Shown: positions 1-10,925 of the stretch, piece after piece
How the letters are laid out: each line of letters opens with the position of its first letter
Position numbering within the stretch: the stretch's first letter is position 1
Assembly (NCBI GenBank): GCA_963765675.1
Contig: CAVXXK010000001.1
Coordinates: forward strand, 1,568,001 to 1,632,000
Direction: 5' to 3'
Source: an uncultured delta proteobacterium
GTDB lineage: Bacteria; Desulfobacterota; Binatia; Binatales; Binataceae
Length of the DNA stretch: 64,000 nt
The notes under the pieces: model-generated
Told to the model about the DNA's origin: nothing
The model's database searches: none
The model's input: the letters and a program-made list of their open reading frames with translations, nothing else
Position numbers and translations under genes: made by a program

Positions 1-232
1 CCGCGCGCGAGGAATCGATCATCGTGGCGTGTGCGGCGCCGCGCGACAGCGCCTCGCACGAGAGCGATCCGCTGCCGGCGAAAATATCGAGCACGCGGAT
101 TCCCGCGAAATCGATTCTGACCTGCAGCCGGGAAAAAATGGATTCCCGCGCCCGAGCCGAAGTCGGTCGCGTGGTAAGCCCGCGCGGCGCTTTGAGCCGC
201 CGCCCGTGCGCCTGTCCTGCAATCACCCGCAT
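1..232 (-). CDS. rsmD: 16S rRNA m2G966 methyltransferase RsmD (5' part, runs off window edge)
   Basis: Manual translation from ATG at 232: MRVIAGQAHGRRLKAPRGLTTRPTSARARESIF...VLDIFAGSGSLSCEALSRGA, the typical RsmD N-terminus and SAM-binding motif; not in the ORF track. Confidence 0.9.
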   Translation of the reverse strand, partial: MRVIAGQAHGRRLKAPRGLTTRPTSARARESIFSRLQVRIDFAGIRVLDIFAGSGSLSCEALSRGAAHATMIDSSRA

Positions 233-453
233 CGCGCACCGCGGCGGGAGTTGCGCATCTGACAAAGCTTCGCTCGCGCTCTACCCCGGCCGCGCTCGAT
301 AGATAGCCCGTATCGTGTCTGCGGAGCAAGTTGGCCGCTGGATCACCGATATAGTCTTGCGCCTCTGGAAGGATTGCGGGATTTTAGCTACTCATCATAA
401 GATTCGCGAACGCAACGGCCCTGATTGTTGTAAGGAATTGTAATACCGCCGTC

Positions 454-954
454 ATGTCTACATCGGCTGAGCTTAAGTTTTCCGACGCCACGATGCGGGA
501 ATATCAGGAGATGCTGACGCATTATCCGACCCGCCGCGCCGCGTTGCTGCCTACGCTCTGGATGGCGCAGCGCGACTTCGGATGGGTCGGCGAGGACATC
601 CAGCGCTACGTCGCGGAGCTGATGGAGCTGCCGCTGTCGCACGTCAAGGCGGTGGTCACCTTCTACCCGATGTTCCACCAGGAGCGGGTCGGTAAGTTTC
701 TGATCGACGTATGCACCAATCTATCGTGCCGGCTGCGCGGCGCCGACCGAATTGTCGATTGTATCCGCGCCCGGCTCGGTATCGAGGTTGACCAGACCAC
801 CCCCGATGGCAAGTTCACGCTCGGCACTGCCGAGTGCCTGGCTTCGTGCGGAACGGCGCCGATGCTCCAGCTCAACCAGGACCAGTACTACGAGAACCTG
901 ACCGAAGAGAGCATGCTCAAGCTGCTCGACGAGCTCGCCGGACGTGATGGCTGA
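454..954 (+). CDS. nuoE: NADH-quinone oxidoreductase subunit E
   Basis: VVTFYPMF, CTNLSC...CLASC 2Fe-2S ligands, APM, YENLT. Confidence 0.93.
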   Translation: MSTSAELKFSDATMREYQEMLTHYPTRRAALLPTLWMAQRDFGWVGEDIQRYVAELMELPLSHVKAVVTFYPMFHQERVGKFLIDVCTNLSCRLRGADRIVDCIRARLGIEVDQTTPDGKFTLGTAECLASCGTAPMLQLNQDQYYENLTEESMLKLLDELAGRDG

Positions 955-2059
955 ACTGATAGTCGGCGCAATCGAGGCAGTCCTGATGATTCTCATGGGG
1001 CTGCATCTCGCGATCTTCCTGCTCTACTTCGAGCGCAAGGGTAGCGCGCTGATCCAGGATCGCGTCGGCGCAAATCGCGCGTCTATCACCGGGCTCGGGC
1101 GCAAACTCGGGCTGCCGAATCTCGGCATCATCAACACTCTGATCGCGGATCCGATCAAGCTCTTCACCAAGGAAGATTTCGTACCCGCGGGCGCCGATCA
1201 CTTTTTGCACGGCCTTGCGCCGTTCATGGCGCTGTTCCCCGTGATGATCGCGTTTGTCGTGATTCCATTTGGCGACACGATCACGTTCGGCGGACGCACC
1301 TTCGGTCTGCAGGCCGCGCCAATCAACGCCGCCGCGCTATACCTGCTTGCGGTGATCGGGATCGGCGTCTACGGCGTCTCGCTCGGCGGATGGGCCTCGA
1401 ATAATCGCTGGGCGCTGCTCGGCGGAATCCGTGCGACGGCGCAGATGATCTCGTACGAAATCGCGATGGGGCTTGCGATTATCGCGATCGTGATCACCTA
1501 CGGTTCGCTCGACCTGCAGGAGATGGTCCGGATGCAGGGCGGAGTATGGTTCGGATGGCTCCCGCGATGGGGCATTTTCGTGCAGCCGCTTGCGTTCATC
1601 CTGCTTCTGACCGCGGGAATCGCGGAATCGAAACGAATTCCGTTCGATCTGCCCGAGGGCGAGTCCGAATTGATTCTCGGCTACATGCTCGAATACTCGG
1701 GCGGCAAGCAGGCCGCCTTCATGCTGACTGACTTGGCCGAGCAGGCTTTGATTGCGATGCTGCTCGTCACCTTCTTCTTCGGCGGATGGCAGGTGCCGTG
1801 GCTCTATCGCGACGGCTTTCATCTGCCGGGCGGCGGGATTATCGCGCTTGCGCCGATTCTCGTCTCGATCGCGGGAATCCTCGCGTTCCTGATCAAGGTC
1901 GTCATCCTGTGTCTGTTCATGGGCCTGGTCCGATGGACGCTGCCGCGGTTTCGCTACGATCAGTTAATGAAACTCGGGTGGAAGATCCTGGTGCCGCTTG
2001 GGCTGGTGAATATTCTGATCACAGCGTTTGTCGTGGTCGTGACCGGAGGGGCGCATTGA
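947..2059 (+). CDS. nuoH: NADH-quinone oxidoreductase subunit H
   Basis: ERK..A.IQDRVG, ADPIKLFTKED, PFDLPEGESE, RWTLPRFRYDQLM. Confidence 0.95.
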   Translation: MAELIVGAIEAVLMILMGLHLAIFLLYFERKGSALIQDRVGANRASITGLGRKLGLPNLGIINTLIADPIKLFTKEDFVPAGADHFLHGLAPFMALFPVMIAFVVIPFGDTITFGGRTFGLQAAPINAAALYLLAVIGIGVYGVSLGGWASNNRWALLGGIRATAQMISYEIAMGLAIIAIVITYGSLDLQEMVRMQGGVWFGWLPRWGIFVQPLAFILLLTAGIAESKRIPFDLPEGESELILGYMLEYSGGKQAAFMLTDLAEQALIAMLLVTFFFGGWQVPWLYRDGFHLPGGGIIALAPILVSIAGILAFLIKVVILCLFMGLVRWTLPRFRYDQLMKLGWKILVPLGLVNILITAFVVVVTGGAH

Positions 2060-2060
2060 C

Positions 2061-2615
2061 ATGCCGATAGCGCTGTTCTGGTTCCTGGCCGCGGTCTCCC
2101 TGATCTCGGCGTTCGGCGTGGTGCTGCAGCGTAATCCGCTGCACTGCCTGCTGGCGTTGATCGTGACGCTGCTCGCGATAGCTGTGATGTTTATCGGCGA
2201 AGACGCGGTCGTGGTCGGCTTTCTGCAGGCAATCGTGTATGGCGGCGCGATCATGGTGTTGTTCCTGTTCGTGATCTGGCTCTTGAACCTGCGCGTGGAG
2301 ATGGGCCCGACGGGGCATCTGGGGCTCAAGTTTGCGGGCACGATCGTGGTTGCCGCGATGTTCGCGGAGTTGATGGCGTTTCTGCTGCCGCCGCATCTGC
2401 AAGTAAAATTCTCCGGACACGCCGTCGGTTACGGAGCGATCGATAGCCTCTCGCAGACACTGTTTTCCGAATACCTGGTCGCGTTCGAAGTCACTTCGGT
2501 GCTGCTGCTGGTCGCGGTCATTGGAGCGGTCGCGCTCGCGCGGCGCAGCACCCCAACCGAAATTCGCGAGCACGTGGCCGAGAACGCGCGCAAGGAGCGG
2601 AGCGCAACCCTATGA
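2061..2615 (+). CDS. nuoJ: NADH-quinone oxidoreductase subunit J
   Basis: [28 protein letters not shown]; operon position. Confidence 0.93.
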   Translation: MPIALFWFLAAVSLISAFGVVLQRNPLHCLLALIVTLLAIAVMFIGEDAVVVGFLQAIVYGGAIMVLFLFVIWLLNLRVEMGPTGHLGLKFAGTIVVAAMFAELMAFLLPPHLQVKFSGHAVGYGAIDSLSQTLFSEYLVAFEVTSVLLLVAVIGAVALARRSTPTEIREHVAENARKERSATL

Positions 2616-2914
2616 TTCCGCTGCCTTACCTGATGGCGCTCAGCGGCGCGATCTTCGCGATCGGCGTGCTGGGCTTTCTCACCCGCAGGAACATCCTGGT
2701 GATGTTCATGTCGGTCGAGCTGATGCTCAACGCGGTCAATCTTGCGTTTATCGCGCTCGGCAGCCGGCTCGGCACGATGGACGGGCAGGTGATCGTGTTC
2801 TTCGTGATGACGGTCGCCGCGGCGGAGGCGGCGGTCGGCCTCGCGATTATCATCTCAATCTTCCGCGGCCGCGAAACCGTTCACGCCGACGACTTGACGC
2901 TGCTCCGATGGTGA
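2612..2914 (+). CDS. nuoK: NADH-quinone oxidoreductase subunit K
   Basis: [23 protein letters not shown]. Confidence 0.95.
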   Translation: MIPLPYLMALSGAIFAIGVLGFLTRRNILVMFMSVELMLNAVNLAFIALGSRLGTMDGQVIVFFVMTVAAAEAAVGLAIIISIFRGRETVHADDLTLLRW

Positions 2915-4845
2915 CCACGGTGGCTAATCTTCCGTCCTCCGCGCTGGCGCTGATACTGCTGTTCCCGGCGCTCGGCGTAATTTTCAATTTGTTCTTCGGG
3001 GCGCGGCTCGGCCGCCGCGCCGTGAGTATTGTCGGTCCGGGCGTGATGTTCCTGGCCCTCGCGGCCGCGACGTGGGTGTTCGTGCGGCTATTGATGCTTC
3101 CGCGCGGCGACGCGCTGACGTTCACGCTATGGCCGTGGATCGAGGCGGGACGCTTTCACGTCGAGTTCGCGCTGCGCGCCGATACGCTCTCGGGCGTGAT
3201 GATCATGATCGTCACGGGAGTCGGCGCTTTCATCCATTTGTACTCGGTCGGATACATGGCGCATGACGAAGACTTCGCGCGCTTCTTCACCTACATGAAC
3301 CTGTTCGCGCTCTCGATGCTGATCCTGGTGCTCGCGAGCAACCTGCTGATGATGTTCGTCGGATGGGAGGGCGTGGGGCTGTGCTCCTATCTGCTGATCG
3401 CGTTCTGGTACACGAATCCGCAATTCGCCTACAACGGGCGCAAGGCGTTCATCGTCAATCGGGTCGGCGACGCGGGCTTTATCCTCGGGATTCTGACGAT
3501 CATCTCGGTACTGTCGCGCGGCGGCGTGTGGACGCTCGATTTCCCGACTATCCAGGCCCACGTCGGCCTCTTCACGACCGGCACCGCCACGGCGGCTTGC
3601 CTGCTGCTCTTCATGGGTGCGACCGGAAAGTCCGCGCAGATTCCACTTTACGTATGGTTGCCGGACGCGATGGTCGGGCCGACTCCGGTGAGCGCGCTGA
3701 TCCACGCGGCGACGATGGTCACCGCGGGCGTGTACATGATCGCGCGGCTCAACTTCCTCTACATGCTCTCGCCCGACGCGATGACCGTGGTTGCGACGAT
3801 CGGCGCGCTGACCGCGTTCTTCGCCGGCACGATCGCGATCGTGCAGCCGGACATCAAGAAGGTTCTCGCCTACTCGACGATTAGCCAGCTCGGCTACATG
3901 TTCCTGGGAGTCGGCTCGGGCGCGTTTGCCGCGGGCATTTTTCATGTGATGACGCATGCCTTCTTCAAGGGCCTTCTGTTCCTGTGTGCGGGCTCCGTGA
4001 TTCACGCGATGGGCGGAGAGCAGGACATGACCAAGATGGGCGCGCTCAGAAAGCATCTGCCGATCACCTTCTGGACGATGCTCATCGCGACGCTCGCGAT
4101 CTCGGCGGTGCCCGGCTTCTCCGGCTATTTCTCCAAGGATCTGATTCTCGAGGGTGCGTACGAGTCGGGTCACGTATGGCTGTGGGGCCTCGGTGTTCTG
4201 ACCGCGGGCATAACCGGCTTCTACATGTTCCGGTTGATCTTTATGACATTTTTCGGCGACTCGCGGGTCGAGGCCGACAAGCTGCCGCATCTCCATGAAT
4301 CACCGCCCTCGATGACTATTCCGCTCGTGGTGCTGGCGATTGCGTCGGCGATCGGCGGATGGGTCGGGCTGCCCAAGGGACTTTTGTGGGGCGACGCGTT
4401 CGCGCGTTTCCTGTCGCCCGTTGTGGGAAATTTCAAACCGGGCGTCGAGGCTTCGGCCTTGGGGCTTTCGGCCGTGGCGACGGGCGTGGGCCTGCTCGGA
4501 ATCCTGCTCGCATACATCTGTTACATCCGGATGCCTGGCCTGCCGATGATCGTCGCGTGGCGCGCGAAGACTATCTACCAGGTGCTGCTCGATAAGTACG
4601 ATATCGACGAATTCTACAATCTGATCGTCACCCGCCCGCTGTTCTGGGTCTCGAACGTGATCCTGAACCGCGCGATCGACCACTTCGTAATCGACGGCAC
4701 GGTCAATGGCGTCGGAACCTCGGTGCAGTCGGGAAGCCGGCTCGCGCGGCGCTCTGAAACCGGCAACGTCCAGCACTATGCATTCGTTTACGTGCTCGGC
4801 GTGCTGGGTGTGGTGGCCTACTACCTCTACCTGGTGAGGCATTGA
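2908..4845 (+). CDS. nuoL: NADH-quinone oxidoreductase subunit L
   Basis: [32 protein letters not shown]; start moved to ATG 2908 (or GTG 2911) overlapping the nuoK stop. Confidence 0.94.
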   Translation: MVTTVANLPSSALALILLFPALGVIFNLFFGARLGRRAVSIVGPGVMFLALAAATWVFVRLLMLPRGDALTFTLWPWIEAGRFHVEFALRADTLSGVMIMIVTGVGAFIHLYSVGYMAHDEDFARFFTYMNLFALSMLILVLASNLLMMFVGWEGVGLCSYLLIAFWYTNPQFAYNGRKAFIVNRVGDAGFILGILTIISVLSRGGVWTLDFPTIQAHVGLFTTGTATAACLLLFMGATGKSAQIPLYVWLPDAMVGPTPVSALIHAATMVTAGVYMIARLNFLYMLSPDAMTVVATIGALTAFFAGTIAIVQPDIKKVLAYSTISQLGYMFLGVGSGAFAAGIFHVMTHAFFKGLLFLCAGSVIHAMGGEQDMTKMGALRKHLPITFWTMLIATLAISAVPGFSGYFSKDLILEGAYESGHVWLWGLGVLTAGITGFYMFRLIFMTFFGDSRVEADKLPHLHESPPSMTIPLVVLAIASAIGGWVGLPKGLLWGDAFARFLSPVVGNFKPGVEASALGLSAVATGVGLLGILLAYICYIRMPGLPMIVAWRAKTIYQVLLDKYDIDEFYNLIVTRPLFWVSNVILNRAIDHFVIDGTVNGVGTSVQSGSRLARRSETGNVQHYAFVYVLGVLGVVAYYLYLVRH

Positions 4846-6425
4846 TGAGCGGCGGATTGCTTACCGCGATCATATTCGTGCCGCTGCTCGGCGGATTTTT
4901 CGTGCTGATGCAGCGCGAGGATCGCGCGGCGTGGAATTCCGCGTTCATCTTTTCGCTGATCCCGCTCGCGCTCAGTTTCTACCTGTTTGCGAAGTTCAAC
5001 GTGCATTCGGCGGATTTCCAGTTCGTCGAGCAATACGATTGGATTCCGAAATTCGGAATCTCGTACCATCTCGGGGTTGACGGAATCAGCCTACTGCTCG
5101 TGCTGCTGACCACGATTCTGATTTCGCTGTCGCTGCTCTACTCGGGCGGCGGCGATATCGAAGAACGGCCGCGCGAGTTCTGCTTTTTCATGCTGGTGCT
5201 CGAGACCGGACTTCTGGGCACGCTGCTGTCGATCGACCTTTTCTTGTTCTACGTCTTCTGGGAGGTGATGTTGATCCCGATGTACTTCCTCATCGGGATT
5301 TGGGGCCACGGGCGCAAGGTTTACGCCGCAATCAAGTTTGTGCTGTTCACGATGACCGGATCGCTGCTGATGCTGGCGGCGATCATCTACCTGGTGCTGC
5401 AAGCCCGGCACGCGTTTGGCCGCCTGAGCTTCGACTTGCAACTGCTCTACCAGGTGCCGCTGTCCGAGACCCAGGCGCGATGGCTGTTCGCGGCATTCGC
5501 GCTTGCCTTCGCGATCAAGGTGCCGATGTGGCCGCTGCATACGTGGCTGCCCGACGCGCATACCGAGGCGCCCACGGCGGGTTCGGTGATTCTTGCGGGC
5601 GTGATGCTCAAGATGGGCGCGTACGGTTTTCTGCGTTTTGCGATTCCGCTGTTTCCGACCGTCGCGGTCGAGGCGGTGCCGCTGTTTCTCACTCTCGCAG
5701 TGATCGGGATCATCTATGGCGCGCTGGTCGCGATGGTCCAGCCCGACTTGAAGCGCCTGGTCGCATACTCCTCGGTCAGCCACTTGGGTTTCGTGATGCT
5801 CGGAATGTTTGCGCTCGATCCGCAGGGCGTCACCGGCTCGATCTACCAGATGCTCAATCACGGCATTTCCACCGGCGGATTGTTCCTGCTGGTCGGAATG
5901 CTCTATCTGCGCCGCCACACGCGCGAGATCAGCGAATTCGGCGGCTTGTGGAAGAGCGTGCCGGTTTACGCCGCGATCTTCATGGTTGTGATGCTCTCGT
6001 CGGTAGGCCTGCCGGGACTCAACGGATTCGTCGGCGAGTTCCTGATCCTGCTCGGAACCTTTCTGCGCGACTGGATCGCGGCGGCGTTCGCAGTCAGCGG
6101 CATCGTGCTCGGCGCGCTGTATCTTCTGTGGACCTATGAGCGCGTGATGTTCGGGCCGATCACTAAGGCGGTCAACGAGACGATTCGCGACCTGACCGGA
6201 CGAGAGATCGCCGTGATGATTCCGGTCCTGGCGCTGATGCTCTTCATGGGGCTTTACCCGAAGCCTTTGATCGATCGAATGGAACCGTCGGTCGAAAAAA
6301 TGCTCGCGCCGGTGCATATCGCGGAGGTTCGCCTCGAACAGAAGCGCCTTGATCGCGCGCTCGCGCAGCGCACCGCTCCGGCGCATGCGCCCAAACCTTC
6401 CGCGCTGACGGTGGCCGCAGAATGA
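4845..6425 (+). CDS. nuoM: NADH-quinone oxidoreductase subunit M
   Basis: KVPMWPLHTWLPDAHTEAPTAGS, AYSSVSHLG. Confidence 0.95.
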   Translation: MSGGLLTAIIFVPLLGGFFVLMQREDRAAWNSAFIFSLIPLALSFYLFAKFNVHSADFQFVEQYDWIPKFGISYHLGVDGISLLLVLLTTILISLSLLYSGGGDIEERPREFCFFMLVLETGLLGTLLSIDLFLFYVFWEVMLIPMYFLIGIWGHGRKVYAAIKFVLFTMTGSLLMLAAIIYLVLQARHAFGRLSFDLQLLYQVPLSETQARWLFAAFALAFAIKVPMWPLHTWLPDAHTEAPTAGSVILAGVMLKMGAYGFLRFAIPLFPTVAVEAVPLFLTLAVIGIIYGALVAMVQPDLKRLVAYSSVSHLGFVMLGMFALDPQGVTGSIYQMLNHGISTGGLFLLVGMLYLRRHTREISEFGGLWKSVPVYAAIFMVVMLSSVGLPGLNGFVGEFLILLGTFLRDWIAAAFAVSGIVLGALYLLWTYERVMFGPITKAVNETIRDLTGREIAVMIPVLALMLFMGLYPKPLIDRMEPSVEKMLAPVHIAEVRLEQKRLDRALAQRTAPAHAPKPSALTVAAE

Positions 6426-7921
6426 CGCCGCTCAACCTTGCCGCTATCAATTTCGCCTGGCTGCCGATCCTGCCACTGGTGATCGTCACGATCGCCGCGA
6501 TGGCGGTGCTGCTGGCTGGTCTCCGTGTCGATGAAGAAGAGAGCGAAGGGCTCGGATGGCTCACGCTTGCCGCGCTCGGGATCGCGTTTATCTTTGCGCT
6601 CGGACTGGTCGGCCGCACCGGGGTCGCGTTCGCGGGCGCGATTTCGATCGACGGCTTCTCAGCCTTCTTTCAGCTCGTGATTCTCATTACCGCCGCCTTC
6701 GTGGTGCTGATGTCGCTGGATTATGCCGGCGAGAATCGCCTGCCGGGCGCCGAATACTACTCGCTGGTGCTGTTCTCGACCCTCGGAATGATGCTGATGG
6801 CGACGGCCGGGGATTTGATCATCATCTTTCTCGGACTCGAAACCATGTCGCTCGCGGTCTATGTGCTGGTCGGCATGCGCCGGCGCGATCCGCGCTCGAA
6901 CGAAGCTGCGATGAAGTATTTCCTGCTCGGCGCGTTCTCGACCGGTTTCCTGCTCTACGGTATCGCACTCATCTATGGTGCAACGGGAACGATCAAGCTT
7001 GGACCGATCCACGCCGCACTCGCGAGCAACATGGCCTCGAACCATCTGCTGATGCTCGGCCTTGCGATGCTGGTGATAGGGTTCGGCTTCAAAATTGCGG
7101 CGGTCCCGTTCCACATGTGGACGCCCGACGTTTACGAAGGCGCGCCAACGCCGATCACGGCGTTTATGGCGGTCGGGGTAAAGCTCGGCGCGTTCGCCGC
7201 GTTCCTGCGCGTCTTTCTGATCAACTTCGGCCCGGTCAGCGCGCATTGGGCGATCGCGCTTTGGGTGCTGGCCGCCATTACGATGACCGCCGGCAACCTG
7301 ATCGCGGTTGTACAGACGAATATCAAGCGGATGCTCGCGTACTCGGCGATCGCGCATGCAGGTTACCTGCTGGTCGGAATGACTGCGGCCGGACCGCAAG
7401 CCGGCTCGGCAGTGCTGTACTATCTGCTCGCCTACGCGTTCACCAATCTGGGAGCGTTCGCCGTGGTGGTGGCGCTGGAGCATCGCGCGAGTATCAGCGA
7501 CGAGATCTCGGACTATCGCGGGCTTTCGCGCCGCGCGCCGGCTCTCGCCGCCGCGATGACGATCTTCCTGCTCTCGCTGACGGGTGTTCCGCCGCTGGCC
7601 GGCTTCGTGGGCAAGTTCTACATCTTCAGCGCGGCGCTAAGTGCGGGCTACGTCTGGCTGGTGGTGATTGCGGTGCTGAACAGCGTGACGTCCGCATATT
7701 ACTACTTATACGTGATCGTCGCGATGTACATGGAAGAGGGCGACGGCATCGAGGTCGCGCCCATGATCGCAAAGCCAGCACTTGTTGCCGCGATTGGCTT
7801 GGCGCTGATCGCGACGATTTTAGTCGGCATCTATCCCGAGCCGTACATGAGCGCCGCCGCAAATGCCTATCAATCAGCGCTCAGCGCCGGCACGATCCAC
7901 ACTGCCGCGCTGCTCCCCTGA
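6422..7921 (+). CDS. nuoN: NADH-quinone oxidoreductase subunit N
   Basis: EAAMKYFLLG, FKIAAVPFHMWTPDVYEGAPTP, NIKRMLAYS. Confidence 0.95.
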   Translation: MTPLNLAAINFAWLPILPLVIVTIAAMAVLLAGLRVDEEESEGLGWLTLAALGIAFIFALGLVGRTGVAFAGAISIDGFSAFFQLVILITAAFVVLMSLDYAGENRLPGAEYYSLVLFSTLGMMLMATAGDLIIIFLGLETMSLAVYVLVGMRRRDPRSNEAAMKYFLLGAFSTGFLLYGIALIYGATGTIKLGPIHAALASNMASNHLLMLGLAMLVIGFGFKIAAVPFHMWTPDVYEGAPTPITAFMAVGVKLGAFAAFLRVFLINFGPVSAHWAIALWVLAAITMTAGNLIAVVQTNIKRMLAYSAIAHAGYLLVGMTAAGPQAGSAVLYYLLAYAFTNLGAFAVVVALEHRASISDEISDYRGLSRRAPALAAAMTIFLLSLTGVPPLAGFVGKFYIFSAALSAGYVWLVVIAVLNSVTSAYYYLYVIVAMYMEEGDGIEVAPMIAKPALVAAIGLALIATILVGIYPEPYMSAAANAYQSALSAGTIHTAALLP

Positions 7922-7993
7922 TCGGGTCGCCCGGTATTATTCCACTTCCTTTCAGGGCGACGGATCAGACAGGGCGAGATCGACAACGTGGCG

Positions 7994-8497
7994 CTATCGC
8001 CGCTTGGGCTTCTTCGGCGCGGGACGCTTTACAGCCTTGCGCGACGGCGCGGCGGGCTTTTTCGCTACTGCTTTGGGTGCGGACACGGAGGTAGCGGCTC
8101 GCGCTGCTTCAGGTGCGTACGCGTCCGCCTCGATCTCGATCAGCATCCGCGGATCGACCAGTCGCCGCACCTCGACCATCGTGGTGGCCGGCGGCGATGC
8201 GGCAAAGAACTCGTGATGTGCTCGTGCGGCGTCGGCGAAACGTTCGATGTCGGTCACGAACATCCGCGTGCGCACCACGTTTTCGATCGTAAGTCCCATT
8301 CGCTCGAGCGCGGTGCGGATATTCGTCAGCGCCTGGCGCGTCTGGACATACATCTGGCCGGCGCCGGCGATGGTGCCGTGCCCGTCGGTCGCGGTAGTGC
8401 CGGAGACGGCGACCATATCGCCGAAGCGGACCGCACGCGAATATCCGACAATCGGTTCCCAAGTAGTGCCGCTCGAGATTCGCGCGAGTTGGCCCAT
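7994..8497 (-). CDS. RidA/YjgF family protein with Lys/Pro-rich C-terminal tail
   Basis: WEPIVGYSRAVR, VVRTRMFVTD, PATTMVEV..L, IEIEADA. Confidence 0.88.
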   Translation of the reverse strand: MGQLARISSGTTWEPIVGYSRAVRFGDMVAVSGTTATDGHGTIAGAGQMYVQTRQALTNIRTALERMGLTIENVVRTRMFVTDIERFADAARAHHEFFAASPPATTMVEVRRLVDPRMLIEIEADAYAPEAARAATSVSAPKAVAKKPAAPSRKAVKRPAPKKPKRR

Positions 8498-8544
8498 CGC
8501 TGATGTCCTCCATACGCCCGCCGCGAGCCGGGCAGGCTGCGGAC

Positions 8545-8775
8545 TCAGTTATCGCGCGACGGAAAGCTCTCTTCAAGCTCGCGCGCGACCGAGCGCATCG
8601 GCGGCCCGACCTTGTGCGATTCGGGCAAGAGCCATCGTACGATTGCGGAAATTCGCGAGATCAATACTGGCGGCTGGCGCCGCTCGCGATTCATATCCAG
8701 CTCGGGTTCGACGATTCGGCCGCGCCCGTTCGCCCCTATCGCGCTCGAAGCGAAAGAAAAACGCCTCTCCTCCAC
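8545..8775 (-). CDS. Possible small hypothetical protein (76 aa)
   Basis: GTG start with GGAGG about 8 nt upstream; fills the gap before ridA; no recognisable motif. Confidence 0.35.
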   Translation of the reverse strand: MEERRFSFASSAIGANGRGRIVEPELDMNRERRQPPVLISRISAIVRWLLPESHKVGPPMRSVARELEESFPSRDN

Positions 8776-9056
8776 AACCTCATCCTCCCTGGTATTCCCA
8801 AATACCCTCCGGCCCGGCTGAGCCGTATCCGTATTTGATAATACAGAAACAATACAAACTGTCAAAATATGCGCCGCCTCAAGCCATCCAGCCGCGCAAG
8901 CCGCGCTCACTTTGGCCGCCCTTTCCACGCGCGCGGTGATGCCCTGACAGCGCACCGCGCGCGCCCGCGCTTGAAGTTGCGTTGCGCGTATCATATCCTT
9001 TGCGGCGCTTTCAGTTATTGCGCTATGGTTGAGCAAGGAATTTCAAGGAGGAAGCG

Positions 9057-9266
9057 ATGCGCAAAGTCCTGCTTCTAGCACTAGTCACGATGTTCATGGG
9101 CGCTGCGGTTTCGGCCTGCAACAAGACTGACGAATCGGCTCCGTCTGCTCCCGAGGCAGCGGCTTCCGCGGCTGCGTCGACGGCTGCGTCCGATGCCGCC
9201 AGTGCTGCGGCCAGCCCGGCTGATATGTCCAGCCCTGCGGCGGCTGCCAGCCCGGCCGCGCCGTAA
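9057..9266 (+). CDS. Small Ala/Ser/Pro-rich lipoprotein
   Basis: AAGGAGG RBS, signal peptide ending AVSAC, low-complexity mature part. Confidence 0.75.
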   Translation: MRKVLLLALVTMFMGAAVSACNKTDESAPSAPEAAASAAASTAASDAASAAASPADMSSPAAAASPAAP

Positions 9267-9475
9267 TTCTCTCGACTGCTTATGGCTAGTCGCCGCGCGC
9301 CGGCCCTCGGTCGGCGCGCGGCGCACAATCCATCGGCAGGACCGTCTGTGCGGCGAGCCATAGCCTGCGCCGTCGCGTAGCCGCTTGTTCCCGGCCATGA
9401 ATCAATTCTGTTGCCGCGCCGCCCTTTCGTGCTCCACGCGCCTTTGCTCTCGCGGACTGCTACGATGCCTCTGCC

Positions 9476-10921
9476 ATGTCAGCCGCCGCGCCTGATTCGA
9501 CCCGTCCCGAATCCAGAGAGCTGAAAGCCGGATTATCGCTGTTCGATTCCGCGACCATCGTCGCGGGCTCGATGATCGGCTCGGGAATCTTCATCGTCTC
9601 GGCGGATATCGTGCGCCACGTCGGGTCGCCGGCCGCGCTGCTCGCGGCCTGGATCGTCGCAGGCCTGATGACGATCGCGGGCGCGCTTGCTTATGGCGAG
9701 CTGGCCGCGATGATGCCGCAGGCCGGAGGACAGTACGTCTATCTGCGCGAGGCGTACGGCCAGCTTTGGGCGTTTCTTTTCGGATGGACGTTGCTGCTGG
9801 TGATCCAGACCGGCACTATCGCCGCCGTCGCAGTCGCGTTCGCGCGCTTCGGCGGTGTGATGTGGCCGGCACTGGGGGCGAACCTCTGGATTGGCGCGGG
9901 CAGCTTTGGAATTTCCGGCGAGCGATTGGGCGCGATCGCGGTTATCGCGCTGCTCACGGCCGCGAATCTGCGCGGTCTCGATCTCGGGAAGATGGTGCAG
10001 AATTCGTTCACGACCGCGAAGATCTTCTCGCTGCTGCTGATCGTCGTCGTCGGATGCATCCTGTTTCCGAACCCTGTCGCCGTGAAAGCGAATTTCGGCA
10101 GCGCGCATGCGTTCCTTTCCTCAGGAGTGATGAGCGCCGGTCTGTTGGCGGCGTTTGGCGCCGCGATGGTCGGGAGCCTGTTCTCCGCCGACGCCTGGGC
10201 CTCAGTCACGTTCACCGCCGCCGAGGTTCGCAACCCGCGGCGCGATTTGCCGCTGGCGCTCGCCCTCGGCACCGGCGTTGTGATCGTGCTCTACGTCCTG
10301 ACCAACATCGCCTATCTGTGCGAGCTGCCCGCGGCCGGAACCGCCGGCGCCTCGAGTGTGATTGCGCGGGGAATCTCGCACGCCACCAGCGACCGGGTCG
10401 CCTCGGCCGCGATGCAGGTAGTATGGGGCCGCGCAGGCGCCACTCTGACCGCGATCCTCGTGATGATCTCCGCGTTCGGATGCGCCAACGGGCTGATCCT
10501 GACCGGCGCGCGCGTGATCTATGCGATGGCCAATGATGGGGTGTTCTTTTCGGCGGCGCGGCGGCTGAATCGCAATCGTGTTCCCGCGTTTGCTCTGGTC
10601 ATCCAGGGTATCTGGGCAGGAGTCCTGACGCTTAGCGGCACTTACTCCGATCTTCTCGATTACGTTATTTTTGCGCAGCTTCTGTTCTACGTGCTGACTG
10701 TCGCCGCGGTGTTCGTGCTGCGCAGGACGCGCCCCGATACGCCGCGTCCGTACCGCGCGTGGGGATATCCTGTTGTTCCCGCCGCTTACATCGTCGCGGC
10801 CGTGGCGCTGATGCTGGATTTGCTGGTGGTCAAGCCGCGGTTTACATGGCCGGGGCTCGGAATCGTGATCGCGGGCGCGATTGTCTATTCGGCAATGCGG
10901 CGTCGTCCGACGGCCGCATAG
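9476..10921 (+). CDS. APC-family amino acid permease
   Basis: GSMIGSGIF, YGELAAMMPQAGGQYVYLREAYG, PRPYRAWGYP; about 12 TM segments. Confidence 0.92.
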   Translation: MSAAAPDSTRPESRELKAGLSLFDSATIVAGSMIGSGIFIVSADIVRHVGSPAALLAAWIVAGLMTIAGALAYGELAAMMPQAGGQYVYLREAYGQLWAFLFGWTLLLVIQTGTIAAVAVAFARFGGVMWPALGANLWIGAGSFGISGERLGAIAVIALLTAANLRGLDLGKMVQNSFTTAKIFSLLLIVVVGCILFPNPVAVKANFGSAHAFLSSGVMSAGLLAAFGAAMVGSLFSADAWASVTFTAAEVRNPRRDLPLALALGTGVVIVLYVLTNIAYLCELPAAGTAGASSVIARGISHATSDRVASAAMQVVWGRAGATLTAILVMISAFGCANGLILTGARVIYAMANDGVFFSAARRLNRNRVPAFALVIQGIWAGVLTLSGTYSDLLDYVIFAQLLFYVLTVAAVFVLRRTRPDTPRPYRAWGYPVVPAAYIVAAVALMLDLLVVKPRFTWPGLGIVIAGAIVYSAMRRRPTAA

Positions 10922-10925
10922 CGGG

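Noticed and set aside
3127-8094. Long alternative-frame and antisense ORFs over the nuo genes (and similar ones over ahcY, sat and SLC13)
   Set aside because: Shadow ORFs expected from high-GC codon bias; Arg/His-rich with no motifs, overlapping well-supported genes
9291-9323. GC-rich hairpin after the small lipoprotein gene as a terminator or repeat
   Set aside because: No U-tract and no second copy seen in the window
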